Shown here: piece after piece, positions 43,490-58,943 of the stretch | How the letters are laid out: every line of letters begins with the position of its first letter | Numbering within the stretch: the first letter of the stretch is position 1 | Assembly: GCF_009914755.1 (NCBI RefSeq) | Contig: NC_060926.1 | Length of the DNA stretch: 64,000 bases | Direction: 5' to 3' (one strand) | Source: the human T2T-CHM13v2.0 reference genome, Homo sapiens | Made by a program: the position numbers and the translations under genes | Notes under the pieces: model-generated | Databases searched by the model: none | What the model saw: only the letters and a program-made list of their open reading frames with translations | What the model was told of the DNA's origin: nothing

Positions 43490-44619
43490 GAGGCAGTTGG
43501 ATCTGGATGGCTATTTTTCAAAGTCAAGGCCACTCAGCCAGATGAATCCAGAGGCATATCTAGGTTCTCTTGATTGACAGGAACCTGCAGACCAGCTGTG
43601 CTCTTGGTCCTGTGGCCTTCCATGGGAGAGGGTATGGGAAGGGCTTTGGTGCACCACAGATGTCTTGGTCTGTCTCTTCCGATGACTTCCCTTTGCTTAT
43701 AACTCACACCTGTTTACTTGGAGACTGTGAATTAGATTTTTAGTTTTGCAGCAGGAAAATCATTTGAAATTATAGACTATCCCTCTTGAAATCTCATTAC
43801 ATAAAAAGATTTAACAAGCCTCTTGTGAATAAGTTAGGGTGACAAGGAATGAATTATTTGGAGAAGTAAAAAAACCTTAAAAATTAAAAAAAGTTTTTAC
43901 AAGTAATAAGAACTTTACAAAATTACTGTGTGTGTATTAATATCAAAGGGAGATACTGATGAGGACCTGAACAACATGGGTGATGGGTAAAAGGTCATTG
44001 CCACCCTGAGTTTGGAAATTTGAGGTGCTCGTTGCTACTTTGGGTTCAGAATAGTTATGATTTATGATAAACCTAAAAATTAAAAGTACCACAGTTTTCT
44101 CTCAAATCGTATGTGGGTGGGTTGTGTCCAGAAACAAATAGGAAAGCTTCCACAGATGGAATGAAATAGTGGAACAGATATGGTGGTTTTGTTTTGGAAA
44201 GGATTTGTCTCCAAAGTTTTGGGGTGGAGGCATTCTAGTCTTGTTTTTCTTCTGAGATGGAAACACTGGCAAACTTGGAGTCTTCTGCAAAACTGTATCA
44301 AGCAAAAGTGAAACAGTAGTTGCTGTGTGACAAGTTAGTATTTTGTCCATGACATGCAGCAATCAGTAGAAATAGATAAAGGATGGGATATTGGAAAATC
44401 CCCTGGAGATGAGAAACGGTGGGTGACATCTGATGAGAGGAGGAGGATTCAGGGAGCAGAATGAAGACATTGGCCAGGCAAGCATCTCAGTGTGGAGGTG
44501 GGGCTGCTTAGACATTTAAATTGACCTAAATCAAGCAGTTATTAATAAGTGGGCAAAACACCGGAAAAATTGCACTCCATTCCTGTGCCTGTCAGGGCTG
44601 TTCTATTATTTGGAAACAG

Positions 44620-44943
44620 ACTTTACTTACTTACCTTATTGATTGAGACAGGGTCTCACTCTGTTGCTTAGGCTAGAGTGCAGTGGCACGATCATGGCTC
44701 TCTGTAGCCTCGACCTCCTAGGTTCAGGTGATCCCCCCACCATAGCCTCCTGAATAGCTGGGACTACAGGTGTGCACCATCATGCCTGGCCAATTTTTAT
44801 TTTATTTTATTTTTTGCGTTTTTTTGTAGAGACGAGGTCTCGCTCTGTTGTCAGGCTGGTTTTGAACTCTTTTGCCCAAACCATCTGCCTATCTTAGCGT
44901 CCCGAAGTGCTGGAATTACCGTAGTGATCTGCCGCTCCTGGCC
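44620..44943 (-). mobile_element. AluJ
   Basis: Diverged dimer. Confidence 0.85.
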
Positions 44944-45937
44944 TACTTTAAACATCTATAATTTGTGTTCGTTGTAGGATTATTCACGGTAGAAACAGGG
45001 TGGAAAAAAATGCCCACAGCCTAGCATTTCAAGGTGCAGTGTTTTAGTTCTTGTGTCTGTCATTACAGATGTGCTTTACCTGCTCCCATTCACACCTTAG
45101 AACAGAGAGGCTCCTGTGTATAAAGGTATCTGTAAAGCCTCATGCCCTGCATTTCACATCTAGCAATATCATAAGTAGAGCATCTTCACCAAATTCTGTC
45201 TGTATCATCTTGAGTACACAGATGTGTCATAACTAGCCACACTTCTTTGGACATGTAAGTCGCTTCTCAGTTTTCACTATTCTCAGCAATGCAGTGAGGA
45301 TATTTTCATGATAACCTCATTAGGCTCTTTGTGATGTTGTCCTGGATCTGTCAAAAATTGGTCTGTCAGAAATTTGTTTTTAACAATAATAGCTATTTTG
45401 TTGCATTAACTCCAGAAAGTTTTACCAATTTACCCTCTAAGGAGAATAGACCTCCTTCCCCATCCCCCCCACATTCAGGACTTTGCATCTGAGGGGGAAC
45501 CTGGCCACGTGGTTGGCATTCCTGAGCCATGCCAGGCTGCTGGAGCGCACAAATTCTTTCACCCCAGCAAGCCCGGCTCCATCCACCATCTGTGCACTCA
45601 GGCCCCCTCCCCCTCCCCCGCCCCCTCCCCTCCCACTGGCGGTTTCATTTTTATTTCTTAGGCTTTATAAGGATATTGATTATGGACTTTTGGCTGATTT
45701 CAGATCTAGAATTACAGAGTGAGATGGAAAAATGACAGAAATGCAGGGAAAAGTCGAAGCACAGTGTGTGGGAGTTGCATATGGCGAGATGCTCGAGAGA
45801 TTGTCATTTTCCTTAAGTCAGTGAAAGATTGTCTTCTCAATAAATGATGTTTGCTCCGCTTGTTTCATATAGTAGCTGTAGGAGACCATACCTCTCCAGC
45901 CTTCTCTTGTGTGCATTTGTATGTGGGGTTAATTTTT

Positions 45938-46231
45938 TGTTTGTTTTGAGAAGACGGAGTTTCGCTCTGTCGCCCAGGCTGGAGTGCAGTGGCGTGATCT
46001 TGGCTCACTGAAACCTCCGCCTCCCGGGTTGCAAGCAATTCTCCTGCCTCAGCCTCCCTAGTAGCTGGGATTACAGTCATGTGCCACCATGCCCGGCTAA
46101 TCTTGTATTTTTAGTACAGATGGGATTTTACTGTGTTGGTCAGGCTGGTCTCAAACTCCTGACCTCAGGTGATCAGCTCACCTCGGCTTCCCAAAGTGCT
46201 GGGATTACATGCATGAGCCACTGCGCCCAGC
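45938..46231 (-). mobile_element. AluS
   Basis: gtggggttaattttt duplicated on both flanks. Confidence 0.9.
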
Positions 46232-47634
46232 CAGTGGGGTTAATTTTTGTGATCATTGTCTGGCTGTTGATTATTACTTGATTCTCCTGCTGTGTGTCTT
46301 CTCTCTTTCTGAGAGCCACAAAACACCACGTCCCCTTGCCTGAGTCTCTAGCTAGCTCTGTGGCCCCTAGGCCACACCTCTGCTGCCTGGTAACTTTCCT
46401 TGCTGCGTTGTGACAGAGCCCCTGTGGCCAGGCAAGTGTTGCCTTGGCGCTGGTCCTTTCTGTGAATATGGTGGAAAGTTGATCTCAGTCCTTCCAGGGA
46501 ACTAGTCTTACAGTATATGCTGGAGGCTACTTTGTGCTGATGGTTGTAATAGCCACAATTTAGTGGACAGCCACTGTTGCCAAGTATCTTATGTACATTG
46601 GTGACCTCTTATAATAATTTACAAAATCCATGCTGTCATTGCCATTGTAAGGATTAAAGTGGCAAATAGTGAATCCAGGTTTGGTGTCCAGGGGTGCCTG
46701 ATCTTAGAGCCTGTGTGTGGGGATTGAACTGGCAGGAGGTGCAGATCTCTCAAGCAGGTGGGGTGTCTGTGGGACAGGGGACAGCTGTGCAGTCAGCATC
46801 AGACTCCAGTTAATACAGAATGCTTGACAGCTCACGCTCCCCACATCACAAAATCCAGGACCTGGAAGGGAGCAGTGAGCACCCACATTGAGGTTATTTC
46901 ATGACTGTATTCACCTGACCCCCACTGATGACCTCCCATGTGAGGTGCACACATTTGTCTACATGTGAATCCTCAGCTCTGGACTGTTGGGAATTTTGGA
47001 AGTAGTGGCTGGGCAGCCGAGGAAAGAAGTGAAGCTGGGTGGGCAGAAATCGAGGCCCCAGGCCCATCAGCCTGAGTGGTTGGGAGGAGAGCTTGGAGCT
47101 GGGGTTGTACGAGAATTGGGCTGGGCAAAGGCAGTGTCCACCTTGTTGGGTGATGAGGATGGGATTCAACAACTACCTGTCCTCTGGAGATTGAAAGGTT
47201 AAAATAAGGCTTGTTGGAGCCTTTGCCATCTGAAGCTTCTGTATGGTTTTGGGGTCAAAGTAGGTTTGGGGAGGCAAAAATGAGCCCCCAGACACTAAGA
47301 AGAGAAGGCACAGGACAGGCCACCATCCATCCCCTGCTGTCCCAAAACTGACAAGTCTCGTACCTCTGACAGTAAAACTCCCCGTAGGACTACAAGACGT
47401 GGGTCTTGGAGCTGCAGTTGGCCTCAAATGCAGGTTCACGAACTGACCAGAGCCAGCTGCTGCAGAGGCTGAGCTCATTCGCAGTCTTGGTGTATCTGAA
47501 CTCATGATTGAAAGATTTTGATGTACAGTCGACTTGCCATATGCCTAATGTGATATCCCGTTAGACTGTGCTTCCGCTTTAGATAGGTAGTAGTTACAAG
47601 GGCTTTCACGGGAGCCCTTGTGCCTTAGTCCCTG

Positions 47635-48122
47635 TGTCCGTTTCCCATTGCAGCTGTACAAGGTTACCCCAGATGCAGTGGCTTCAAACAACACACATTT
47701 ATTCTGTTATAGTTCTGGAGGTCAGATCCTAATATCAAGGTGTTGGCAGGGCCGCGTTCCTTCTGCAGGCTCTAGGGAAGAATTTGTTTCCTTGCTTTTT
47801 CCAGCTTCTAGAGGCTGCCCACACTCCTTGGCTCATGGCCCCTTCCTCTGTCTTCAAAACCAGCTGTGTAGCATCTTCCGATCTCTTCTTCCATTCCACT
47901 CCATCCTGACGTCCCCTTCTCCGGCTCCTCTGCTTTCTTTTTTCATTTGATAAGGACCCTTGTGATTACGTTGGACCCATCTGGATAATCTTGAATGATT
48001 TCCCTGTCTTAAAATCCTTGACTTAATCACAGCGACAGTGCCTCTTTATCATGTAAAGTCACAGTTGCAGGTTCTGGGGATTAGGACTTGGGCATCTTTG
48101 GGGAGGGTGGTGTCTGCCCACC
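47635..48122 (-). mobile_element. MaLR LTR (MLT1C-like)
   Basis: gtggcttcaaacaacacacatttattctgttatagttctggaggtcaga..ggttctggggattaggacttggg. Confidence 0.75.
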
Positions 48123-48772
48123 TCAGTGTCCTTCCTCTGTGTTTCTCCTGAGGGCTGACTCTTCCCTCACTGTGGGAGACCCTGCACACCTGCTGTCATT
48201 GGGGCTGAGCCAGTCAACACCGGTTGAGGGTAGGGGGACACTGGCCAACCCAAAGGCTCTTGGCGGTCTCCACAGACTTCCACTTCAGTTTAGAAAGTAC
48301 AGTGAGAAAACCAGTAGCTGAATAAAGATTTAGGGTATTTGGCACAGATCTGCTAATGCACGTGTCCGCAAATCTAGACTCAGCACAAGGAGTCTTAGTT
48401 TGGGATCACAACTGATTCTCCTGGTCCAGTGATACCTCTGGGCTCTTGTTCATTGGCTGGAGCTCTCCTTTTTGCTGGGAGGCAGTGCTTCATCTTGCAG
48501 TTCATGAGATGACTGGCACTTTTGCAGCCGGCCTCACACTGCTGGTTATGTGCATGGAAGAGGTCTCATCTCACTCCTTCCTATGGCTTTTCTAGCTGGG
48601 CAGACTCTGGTTCCTGTATTCTCCCCCTCAACTGTAGTGTTGAATGTTCACTGCCCATCCTTTCTGCCCTGCTCTGTGGCTGCCTGTCCTCATCTCTGCA
48701 TCGGTCTTCTCTTTTCATGTCCTGTAGCTCATGAGTGACCCGCTCCCATGTCACCTGCCATTTTGGCCTTGA

Positions 48773-49168
<396 letters not shown>

Positions 49169-49477
49169 TAGCTTTGCTTTTAAATTGCAAGCTGGGACTC
49201 CAGCCCTGTGAAGTGGCTGTCCGCATTAGATCGGACACCTGGCAGACACTTGTTTAAGTTTTAGAATTTTAAAAAGGAAAATACAGGAGAAAAAGTAGAG
49301 TTGATCACAAAAAGTAGATTTTGCAGGAAATAGTTTAACTTTTAAAAAAGTTATCAATGTGTTATATGCAAATATGGAAAACTATAAAGAAGAAGAAAAC
49401 AGTTGCCTATAATTCTTCTAGCTGGAGGTACCTGCTGTTACTCTTGGGGATGCTTTTTGTTTTTCTACCTTTGTAGC

Positions 49478-49762
<285 letters not shown>

Positions 49763-52700
49763 TACCTTTGTGTTTTACGAGGGTTGTATATGTATCACAT
49801 ATGCAGTGGTTTGTCCAGCTTTTCTCCTACAGTGACATTTTTCTTTGTCCTCGCCTTTTCATAAACTGTCTTTTTAAATGTTTGCTTGATATTTAATCAT
49901 GGATGTATTGAGATGGACTCATCTCAAACTATATTAAAAACACTCTGGATGCTTTAAATAAAAAATGGCAAAAGTTAATGTTGTAAGAGAAGTGAAAAGA
50001 AAACCAAGAGCTCCTACCTGCCTCAGCTTACCCTTTGTTTGGTGCGTGGGTGCAGTGGGCAGTGAGCCGTGCCATTCCCTCCTGGCAGCCGGTGCATGGC
50101 TGGCCATGGTCCTTAGCAGTGACTGTGAACAGCCGTGGGCTACTTTGTTACCCACCCAGTGCTGCTTTTGTATGTTGGCAAATGGGGCTTTCGCTTTCCT
50201 TGGTTTGATTCTGTCATTGATGCTTCAGACTAGTCATGCTTTTGTTTGAAGGGAAAAAAAAATCAATCAATCAATATCAGTAACTTGCTATAGATTTTTA
50301 TAAAGGAAAAAACCCCACCACATGTATGGTGGGGAGTGAGTTGATGTGGAATCAGTCATGACCGCGTTGAGTTAGGAGCATCGCGGATGTGGAGTTACAG
50401 CTCTGCTGTGGATGTTTTTGTTTTAAGAAAACATCTTTTAAAAATCTAATAATGGTTCATTAAAAACCAGAAATGGTCAAGCTCACTAGAAACCGTCATC
50501 AGCCACATTCTGATGAAAGAGGTTTTGACTTTCTTTTTTAAAAAATTAATGAAGATACATCCAAATATTTGTGGCAGGCAGGAAATCAAGCGGATTTTAA
50601 TGGGAAATTATGTAAGAAAGCTTAATGACTAATTTTTCTGGATCAGACAAGTGGAGAACGGTCTTAGGGAAATGTGTACATCCATTACTCATTAGTTTGC
50701 TGTATTATAATTACTGTTGTATAGGAAGAAGCATGTCAGATAATTAGGAACTGGGTGGCATTTTATGCTAAGGATCAAAACAAAGATTTTGCTTGGAATG
50801 TTGAGCAAAATTATACTCTGGCTGAGATTAAACACATGGCAAGCATCCTACTCCAGTATTTAAAATCATCAGGCAGGCTTTATTCTATTTTTTTGGGTCT
50901 TTGTTCTTTCATGTTTTCCTCTAATGAAAAGGAATGCTTAGAAAATAGCACTGGGAGGCCAGCAAGAAATCAGTGTTGGGATTTTCTCATGTGTGAGGAG
51001 CTGTTACTGCTCCTGTCGCCTGGTTTCACCCCTCGGTTCTGCTCCCAGGAGCTGGACCCCTCCCCGCTGGCCCCTCTGTGCTGCAAGCATCCATTTTGGG
51101 CTTGGGGATAATGGTCAAGAGAGTTGGTTGGTTTGGGCTGTGGGCTGGACAAGCGCTTGCTGCTTAAACCATGTTGATTGTGGCTTAACTGCTGAACCAA
51201 ACCAATACTTCATCCAAAGAACTTCTCCAGGGAGGGAGTGGGCTTCAGGGGAGCCACATGGGAAGCCCCCTAACCAACATTTCTGTAGCACTTGATTGGA
51301 GCCTCCAAACACCGTCGCTGTCGATGCTACAGCAGTCCTGTGGGCCGCAGAAGGAGTACTCACTGTGTGTTCTCCATGCCCTTCTGTCTCTGAGAAGCAG
51401 CGTGGCGTGTTCGGATTGTGCCCTCCTGCCGACCCCGGTGGCTCAGGCAAAGGGCTTGCCAGATGGTCGGTGTTCTTTGCCAAATGGGACCGATAGCGTG
51501 CGCATGGTGGGGATGAGGGGAGGACTAGGGAAGTAAATACAGTGCCTGCTGCCACGTCACCTTCACACAGTCCATGTTTAATAAGAGGTCGCTGCTGTGA
51601 TGATAGGGGGTCGGCCAGACATGTCCACTGTTTAAAAAGCAGCATCCATCTGAGGACTCATTGGATTAAATGTACACCTAAAAAAAATACAGTGGCACCT
51701 GCATGCAGTGCCCGAGGATGGGTGTGCTGTTTTACTAGATCTGGTGTTTTTTGGAGGTGCACATTTGGTAGTTCATTGTTGGGTTGGTATTTGTCTCCAT
51801 AACCTGTTTCAGCCTCAAGGTCATTTACCTTTGATCAGTGCTTCAAGCTTAGCGGTTTGTTTATATACATGTTCATGTATAAATTATATTACTCAGTCTG
51901 ATCATAATATATGCCCAGTGCAAATCATTTCATTAAAGCCTCAGGGATACACGGTGCCACCGTTTCCTCATTCAGGGACACGGGGATAGTGGTAGTGTGT
52001 CTTCAGCACGACATGGGGAAATTCAAAGGCAGCCATCCGTGGAAGAGCCAACGGCAGCCCGTGCAGGCGTCAGCGCCTGGGGAATAGTAGCAGTCTACAT
52101 CTTTAGCTGTCAGGGTATCTCGTTGTAGCCTCATCCTGCCCTCTTTAGGGGTCCTTGGATGAGTTATCAGTTGTAGTATTGACATTTTCTGTAAATAGTG
52201 TCACTCAAGCGAGTGACAGTGGGAAGCAGACACCAGCCCTTAGGGAGCAGCCCAGGATGCTTTTTTCCTCCAAATGCCTCTCACCTATTCCCAGATACTC
52301 GCTGGAGTTGGAGCACACATGTCTGCAGATGTAAAACGACCTGCTCCCCCAGGTGAATGGATTCTCGCCAGGGCCAATACTTATCCGCAGGGGTGTGTGC
52401 CAGGCAGCCCAGGTCAGCCTCCCTCCACCGGGCCACCCGCACCAGGTTGCCTCCCATCGTTTGCAGGAGCGGAAGACCCGATGGAGCAGGTTTCACAGTG
52501 CCCTCGCTGCTGCCTCCCGTTTCATCTGCACGTCTCTTTCAATGCGGGCGTGCGAACTTCCAGGTAGAGCCGAGTTCAAGAAAATGAAGTACTGCATGCG
52601 ACGAGCAAGTTTATTGAAGAGGGTGTGAGGTCGCGGCGCCTGACCCTCATTATGTCAGTTACTACTAAATGAAATTAGAACTTCACTGCCCTTTTTCTTT

Positions 52701-53361
52701 TTCCCATCGAGGTGCAGGAGGAATTGATCTTAGGGTAGTATTTTGGATTTAAAAAAAAAAAAAACATGAAATGAAATCCGTGTCCTCTTTATCCTCCCCT
52801 CTCTCTGTTCTGCGCGGCAGGTAGCAAGGAACGGTGGCGGGGCCAAAGGTTTCCTCAAAGACCCTGGGGGCCGGGCGGGGCTGTGCCAGGCACCCGCGTC
52901 GCGCTCCAGCTCCAGCCCTTTAATGCTCTTTGCCATTCAAGCCACTCACTTTCATTTTCTATAGAAAAGCCTTTCTGCCGCCTTTCACAAAACTTGTATT
53001 TTCATGCCTAATAAGTGAGCGTGTGACATGCAGTGGGCTCAGTCTCTGCATAGCCCGGCAGGCAGCGGCTCTGCTTTCCAGAACCTTCTGGGAGTGGCAG
53101 ACACACATTAGGAGTCCACGCGCAGGTAGCCTGGCCTTTGAAGCTCTCCAGGCTCTGGCCACAGTGGCTTTCCTGCCCTCCTTGGCTGGTGGACGTAAGG
53201 CCCCTCGCCCCATCTGCTTCCTGCTCTCCCAGAGCCGGCCTCACCTTCGAGACTCATGCTACTAAGTTGTCTTTCAGTTCCCCTGGTGGTGCCTCCTCTA
53301 GACCCCTGAGGAGATGGAGGGGGCTGCCTTCTTTGCGGCTTTCTCACGATTTCCTCACAGT

Positions 53362-53397
53362 ACACACAGCAGGACCCCGGGGTTTGTGTGTGGCATC

Positions 53398-53437
<40 letters not shown>

Positions 53438-53661
53438 CAGGACCCCGGGGTTTGTGTGTGGCATCCTACACACACACACAGCAGGACCCTGGGGTTTGTG
53501 TGTGGCATCCTACACACACACACACACACACACAGCAGGACCCCGGGGTTTGTGTGTGGCATCCTACACACACACACAGCAGGACCCTGGGGTTTGTGTG
53601 TGGCATCCTACACACACACACACACACACACAGCAGGACCCCGGGGTTTGTGTGTGGCATC

Positions 53662-53695
<34 letters not shown>

Positions 53696-53882
53696 CAGGA
53701 CCCTGGGGTTTGTTTGTGGCATCCTACACACACACACACACACACACACACAGAGCAGGACTCTGGGGTTTGTGTGTGGCATCCTACACACATACACATA
53801 CAGCAGGACCCCCGGGTTTGTGTGTGGCATCCTGCACACACACACATACACAGCAGGACCCCTGGGTTTGTGTGTCGCATCC

Positions 53883-53933
<51 letters not shown>
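53362..53933. repeat. Composite minisatellite: 10 units of a ~33-bp core plus variable (CA)n
   Basis: Core agcaggacccYggggtttgtgtgtggcatccta followed by CA runs of different lengths. Confidence 0.96.
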
Positions 53934-53935
<2 letters not shown>

Positions 53936-54247
53936 CTTGCTTATGTCCTCCACCCGTCCCTGAAAACATGAGGTCTGCGAAGACGTCTTTGAGTCTGTTT
54001 GGCATCCCCAAGTGCAGCGGTGAACCAGAGAGAGAGGGAGCATTCACTTGATTCTTCACGCGTCAGTGTTTTTAATCTCTGTGGCTGGAGGACAGTGTGT
54101 GTCACCTTTTCTTAGTTTCCAGGGACTGCGGCTTCCTTCCACCTCTCCCTTCCCTCTGTAGTTGGACAGGCCATGGCTCCCCAGTTCTCTGCTGTGGGCA
54201 GGTGCAGGAGCCTGACCAACTCCTCCGTGAGTCCATCTATCTGTGCG

Positions 54248-54450
54248 TGCATTTATTCATTCCTCCCTAGTGAGGCAGGTCCCTGATGAGCAGCTCCTCT
54301 GCGCCTGCCCAGGTCCAGCGTTGGGCATGCAGTGGTGAACAAAACAGACTCAAACGCATCTTCACAGAGCTCATGTTTTGGTGGACAAGTGGAGGATATA
54401 AACAATAAGCACAATTTAGTAAAACATACGGTACCACAGCTAGCAAAGGT
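54248..54450 (-). mobile_element. L2 fragment
   Basis: catttattcattc..gcagtggtgaacaaaacagac..cttcacagagctcatgtttt. Confidence 0.55.
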
Positions 54451-55679
54451 GGCAAGGAAAACAATGAGAGCGGGGGTGGTGTGAATGTGTGTGGGTGCAG
54501 GGGCACCTCGGGAGCCTGGCCGGGAAGGTGGCATCCGCTGCAGGCCCAGGTGGGGAGATGGTGGGTGCTGCTTCCAGGCCCAAGGAAGAGAAAGGCAGAG
54601 GCCCTGAGGAAGCACAGAGCTTGAGGGAGAGGGCTGGCGTCAGCTCAGGGAAGCAGGGAGGCCAGGCGGGGAGGCCAGGTGGTGTGGGGCCTCATGGAGG
54701 CTGGGGAGTCATGAGGATGTGGGAGGATGGGGGAGCTCTGGTTGCTCAGGCAGTGGGGAGAGGACAGCACCATGGTAACATGCACTTGTGTTCATGTCTT
54801 GGCTGCCCCATTGCTGGGCACGTGTAAAATAGGAGAAATCTTAAAGCTTGCAGCTCTCCATGTGAAAATGATCTGTTTGTTTCTTCTTATTACTATCAAT
54901 ATTAATATTGATCCTGTAGTGCTTTCACACTTAAATTGTTGAGTTCCCAGTCTTGTCTAATAATTATCTCAGCAATTGCGATACCATTGGCTGAGGTTCA
55001 TGGAGGTTTTCAGGCTAATGTCACTGAATGATCGGAAGGACTCACTGCTGGCAGTCACTTGTGTGTTTTGTGTTTTTTTTTCCTCTGTCTCTCGCCCTCC
55101 ATTTTTCTGCACGGCATTAAGTCAGCCACATTTTAGATTGTGTGCTTCTGTCATCAGAATATCTGGCATGCTTTCCCCTGAATAGCAGGCTTGACATCTT
55201 TTTCTGATATTTTGTACCAACCGTACTAAGAGGCTTCTTGTTAGCTGTTAATTCATATTTTCTGAGGCTGCTAATATGCGTGGTAGAGCCATTACTGTTG
55301 CATGTTCAAGATAAAAGCCAAATCTCAGCTTATACCCTGTTCTCCCAGGATAAATTCAGAGAACCACTATGAAGTCTAATCCATACTGTGATGTTGCTGA
55401 AAAGAAAATAGGGTTATAGGCTTATTTGGAGCCTTTCACTGTTTATGGTTGTACAAGTTGGGTGTTACTGACTTATAATGTAAAATCTGAATTTCCAGGG
55501 CAGGGACAAGATTCGTTTTTGGCTAAGGCATATTGTGTCTGTGGGGCTGCTGAAGGAAAAAGAGCATCTTATTTTTATGTGATTAGCATTATTCAATCAC
55601 AAAATGCATTGGATTCTACTCAGACTGTCGGAGAATATGCTTGCTCCTCTCCTAGGCTCTGGAGGAAGAACCTCAGCCA

Positions 55680-55683
<4 letters not shown>

Positions 55684-55716
<33 letters not shown>
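55684..55716. repeat. (TG)~16 microsatellite
   Basis: Direct reading. Confidence 0.93.
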
Positions 55717-55717
<1 letters not shown>

Positions 55718-57157
55718 ATGCTTGTACGCCTGTGCACAGAGGGTGGGAAGAGGGCTTGCACCTAAGTCCTAGGGTCCTGTTCTCTGCACAGTTCTCTGCA
55801 TAGGTTTCCGCACGCCTTGCTGTCTCCTCCTTGTTGCAGGCATGGAGCAAATTATCACCTGGTGGTAACTCCAGTCTCCGCCACGGAGACTGCTTACCCT
55901 CTTCCTCTTTGGTTCAGGCTGAACCATCCTCACTCATCTTGTAGAGCCTCCCGTTCCCATCTCCGCATCAGAGTTTCCTACTTTCCTTGAACTTTCCTTT
56001 TTGAGGAGATTTGAGAAGTGTGTTGTCCAAGATAGGATTTAGTATCCTGGAGCCAGGCTTGGAATTCTAGTGTGGGAAAGCTTACTTACTATTACTTTAT
56101 TATGGCATTTTAAAAGTTTTTAAAAGTAAGTGGAAAAAGGATTTTTGAACCTGTTATTACTTTCTTATAGCATTTTAAAGCCATTTTTTTTTCCTAGTGG
56201 GAGGCAGAAGGAAAAACTCGGTCATGTTTCACTCACTCCTTTCTTAAAGGGAGAGTTTTATATTGTACCTTCTTGTTCACAGCCAGGTGGCAGCTACATT
56301 GCTAATTGCAAGCTTTCAGGGTGAGAAAGAGAACCCGTGCCTACCTGCCTTTTCCTGATTTGAAATGGTGATCTGCGTTGGTCTCAAGACCTTGTGCAGC
56401 CTCGCAGAGATTGCTCTGCACACATGTGATTGCATCTAATCAGGACTTTTTCTGAAACTGCTGCCAGGAAAATGTGTGCTAGGAAGGTTACCTTCTGCAG
56501 CTGGACTTTTATGATGCACTGGATTATCATGGCCTTAGATATACCATCAGGGCATGGAGTGGCAACAGTGCTTTGCTGTCTTGACGCATCTCAGGTAGAG
56601 GATCTCTTAGGGAGCTTTCTGATTGAATCCCACGCCCATTTTGAGGGAAGGGAATGGGCCATGGGTCTCATCCCTGCCTAGCGCTGCCTTGTGAGGGGTG
56701 CTGGCCTGTCACCTCCAGTTCTTGCTCCTTTTTAGGAAGCCATGCTGCCTCCTTCCTTGTTGTGCGATTATTTTTTGGGTTGTGTCTATTTTGGTATTTT
56801 TTTCTCTTTCACCTCCTCTCCCATATTTCCCCTCTAGGGTGGGAGGAAGGAGACCCAGGTGTGAGGTGGTGCAGGTGGCTGCAGTGTCCTCAGAGATACT
56901 GAGCTGTGGGGTAGAGGTAGCTGGAATCTAGATCAACTCACCTCTCTTTTATCAGCCATTTGTTCTGAGAAGAGAGGCTTCGAGGAGAGACGCTTCGGTA
57001 AGGGGTTGCTGTGGGTCCTGGGGTCACGGGTGTTAGTTCTGGGTGCCACTGGGGGACACGAGAGACAGAAAGGATAGGAATGAAAATGAAGAGCAACTAA
57101 GGGATGTGAAGATTTCTCTTGCACTTGTTTTCGGGATAGGAAAACAAGCCCTTTTAG

Positions 57158-57708
<551 letters not shown>

Positions 57709-58511
57709 CAATCCATTTCTTTATCCTAATTGAGAGAATTTGAAAAGAAATTAATAGAATCAAAAAAGAGAAAAGGGCCTGGTTATCAGAGATGCAAAAT
57801 AAATGATGATTTTAAAGATGCTAGAAAGCTGTGCTCCCTCCCTGGGTGCTTTCTCTTTGGAGGGGAATGCTGGAGAAAATCTCTACAAAATCTTCCCCTT
57901 GCAGTGCTGGGAGAGAGTAATGGTGAGCAAATCCTTGTAGAATTAAAATGGGATGAAGAGACCCTTATGAAGGGAGAAAGCAGGTGAAGATGGTGGGGAT
58001 AGGGGCGGGACGTGCACCCCCTTCACTTTCCATGCCGGGCAGTATAAAAAGTGAGAAGAAACACTTCAGGGCTGGTGTGTAAACTTCATGTTGGATAAAT
58101 ACGTGACTTCTGGTATTTTGGGGGCATGGAATCAAAAAGTTGCAGATTTGGAGGGATGTTTGCAGCCACTTTTTACCCAACATGGCTCTCTATGTGGTCA
58201 TTCAGTTGCTTAAACAAAGTCTGGGTAGACTTACAATTTTTTTTTAATACAAGTAATATTTGCTTATAGTTTTAAAAAAGGGAGTATAACCATCAAAAGT
58301 AACTCTAGCGAATGATTTTGGAATATTCCAGAAATTTTCTATCCTTATATAAGCTCTAAAACAGTTAAACGCAGTAGCTCTATTTAATAATCACCATTGG
58401 GCACGTGGACTTTCATCAGTACACATAGATTTGCCTCACACAAACAAGAATGAACTTGAATGTACAGATTAAGGGATAATAAAAATGCCAGCCTGGCTGC
58501 CATCTGGCTGA

Positions 58512-58943
<432 letters not shown>

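Noticed and set aside
53108-54059. His/Thr- and Cys/Val-rich ORFs up to 277 aa (also 29253-29894)
   Set aside because: Translations of CA/TG repeats, open in most frames.
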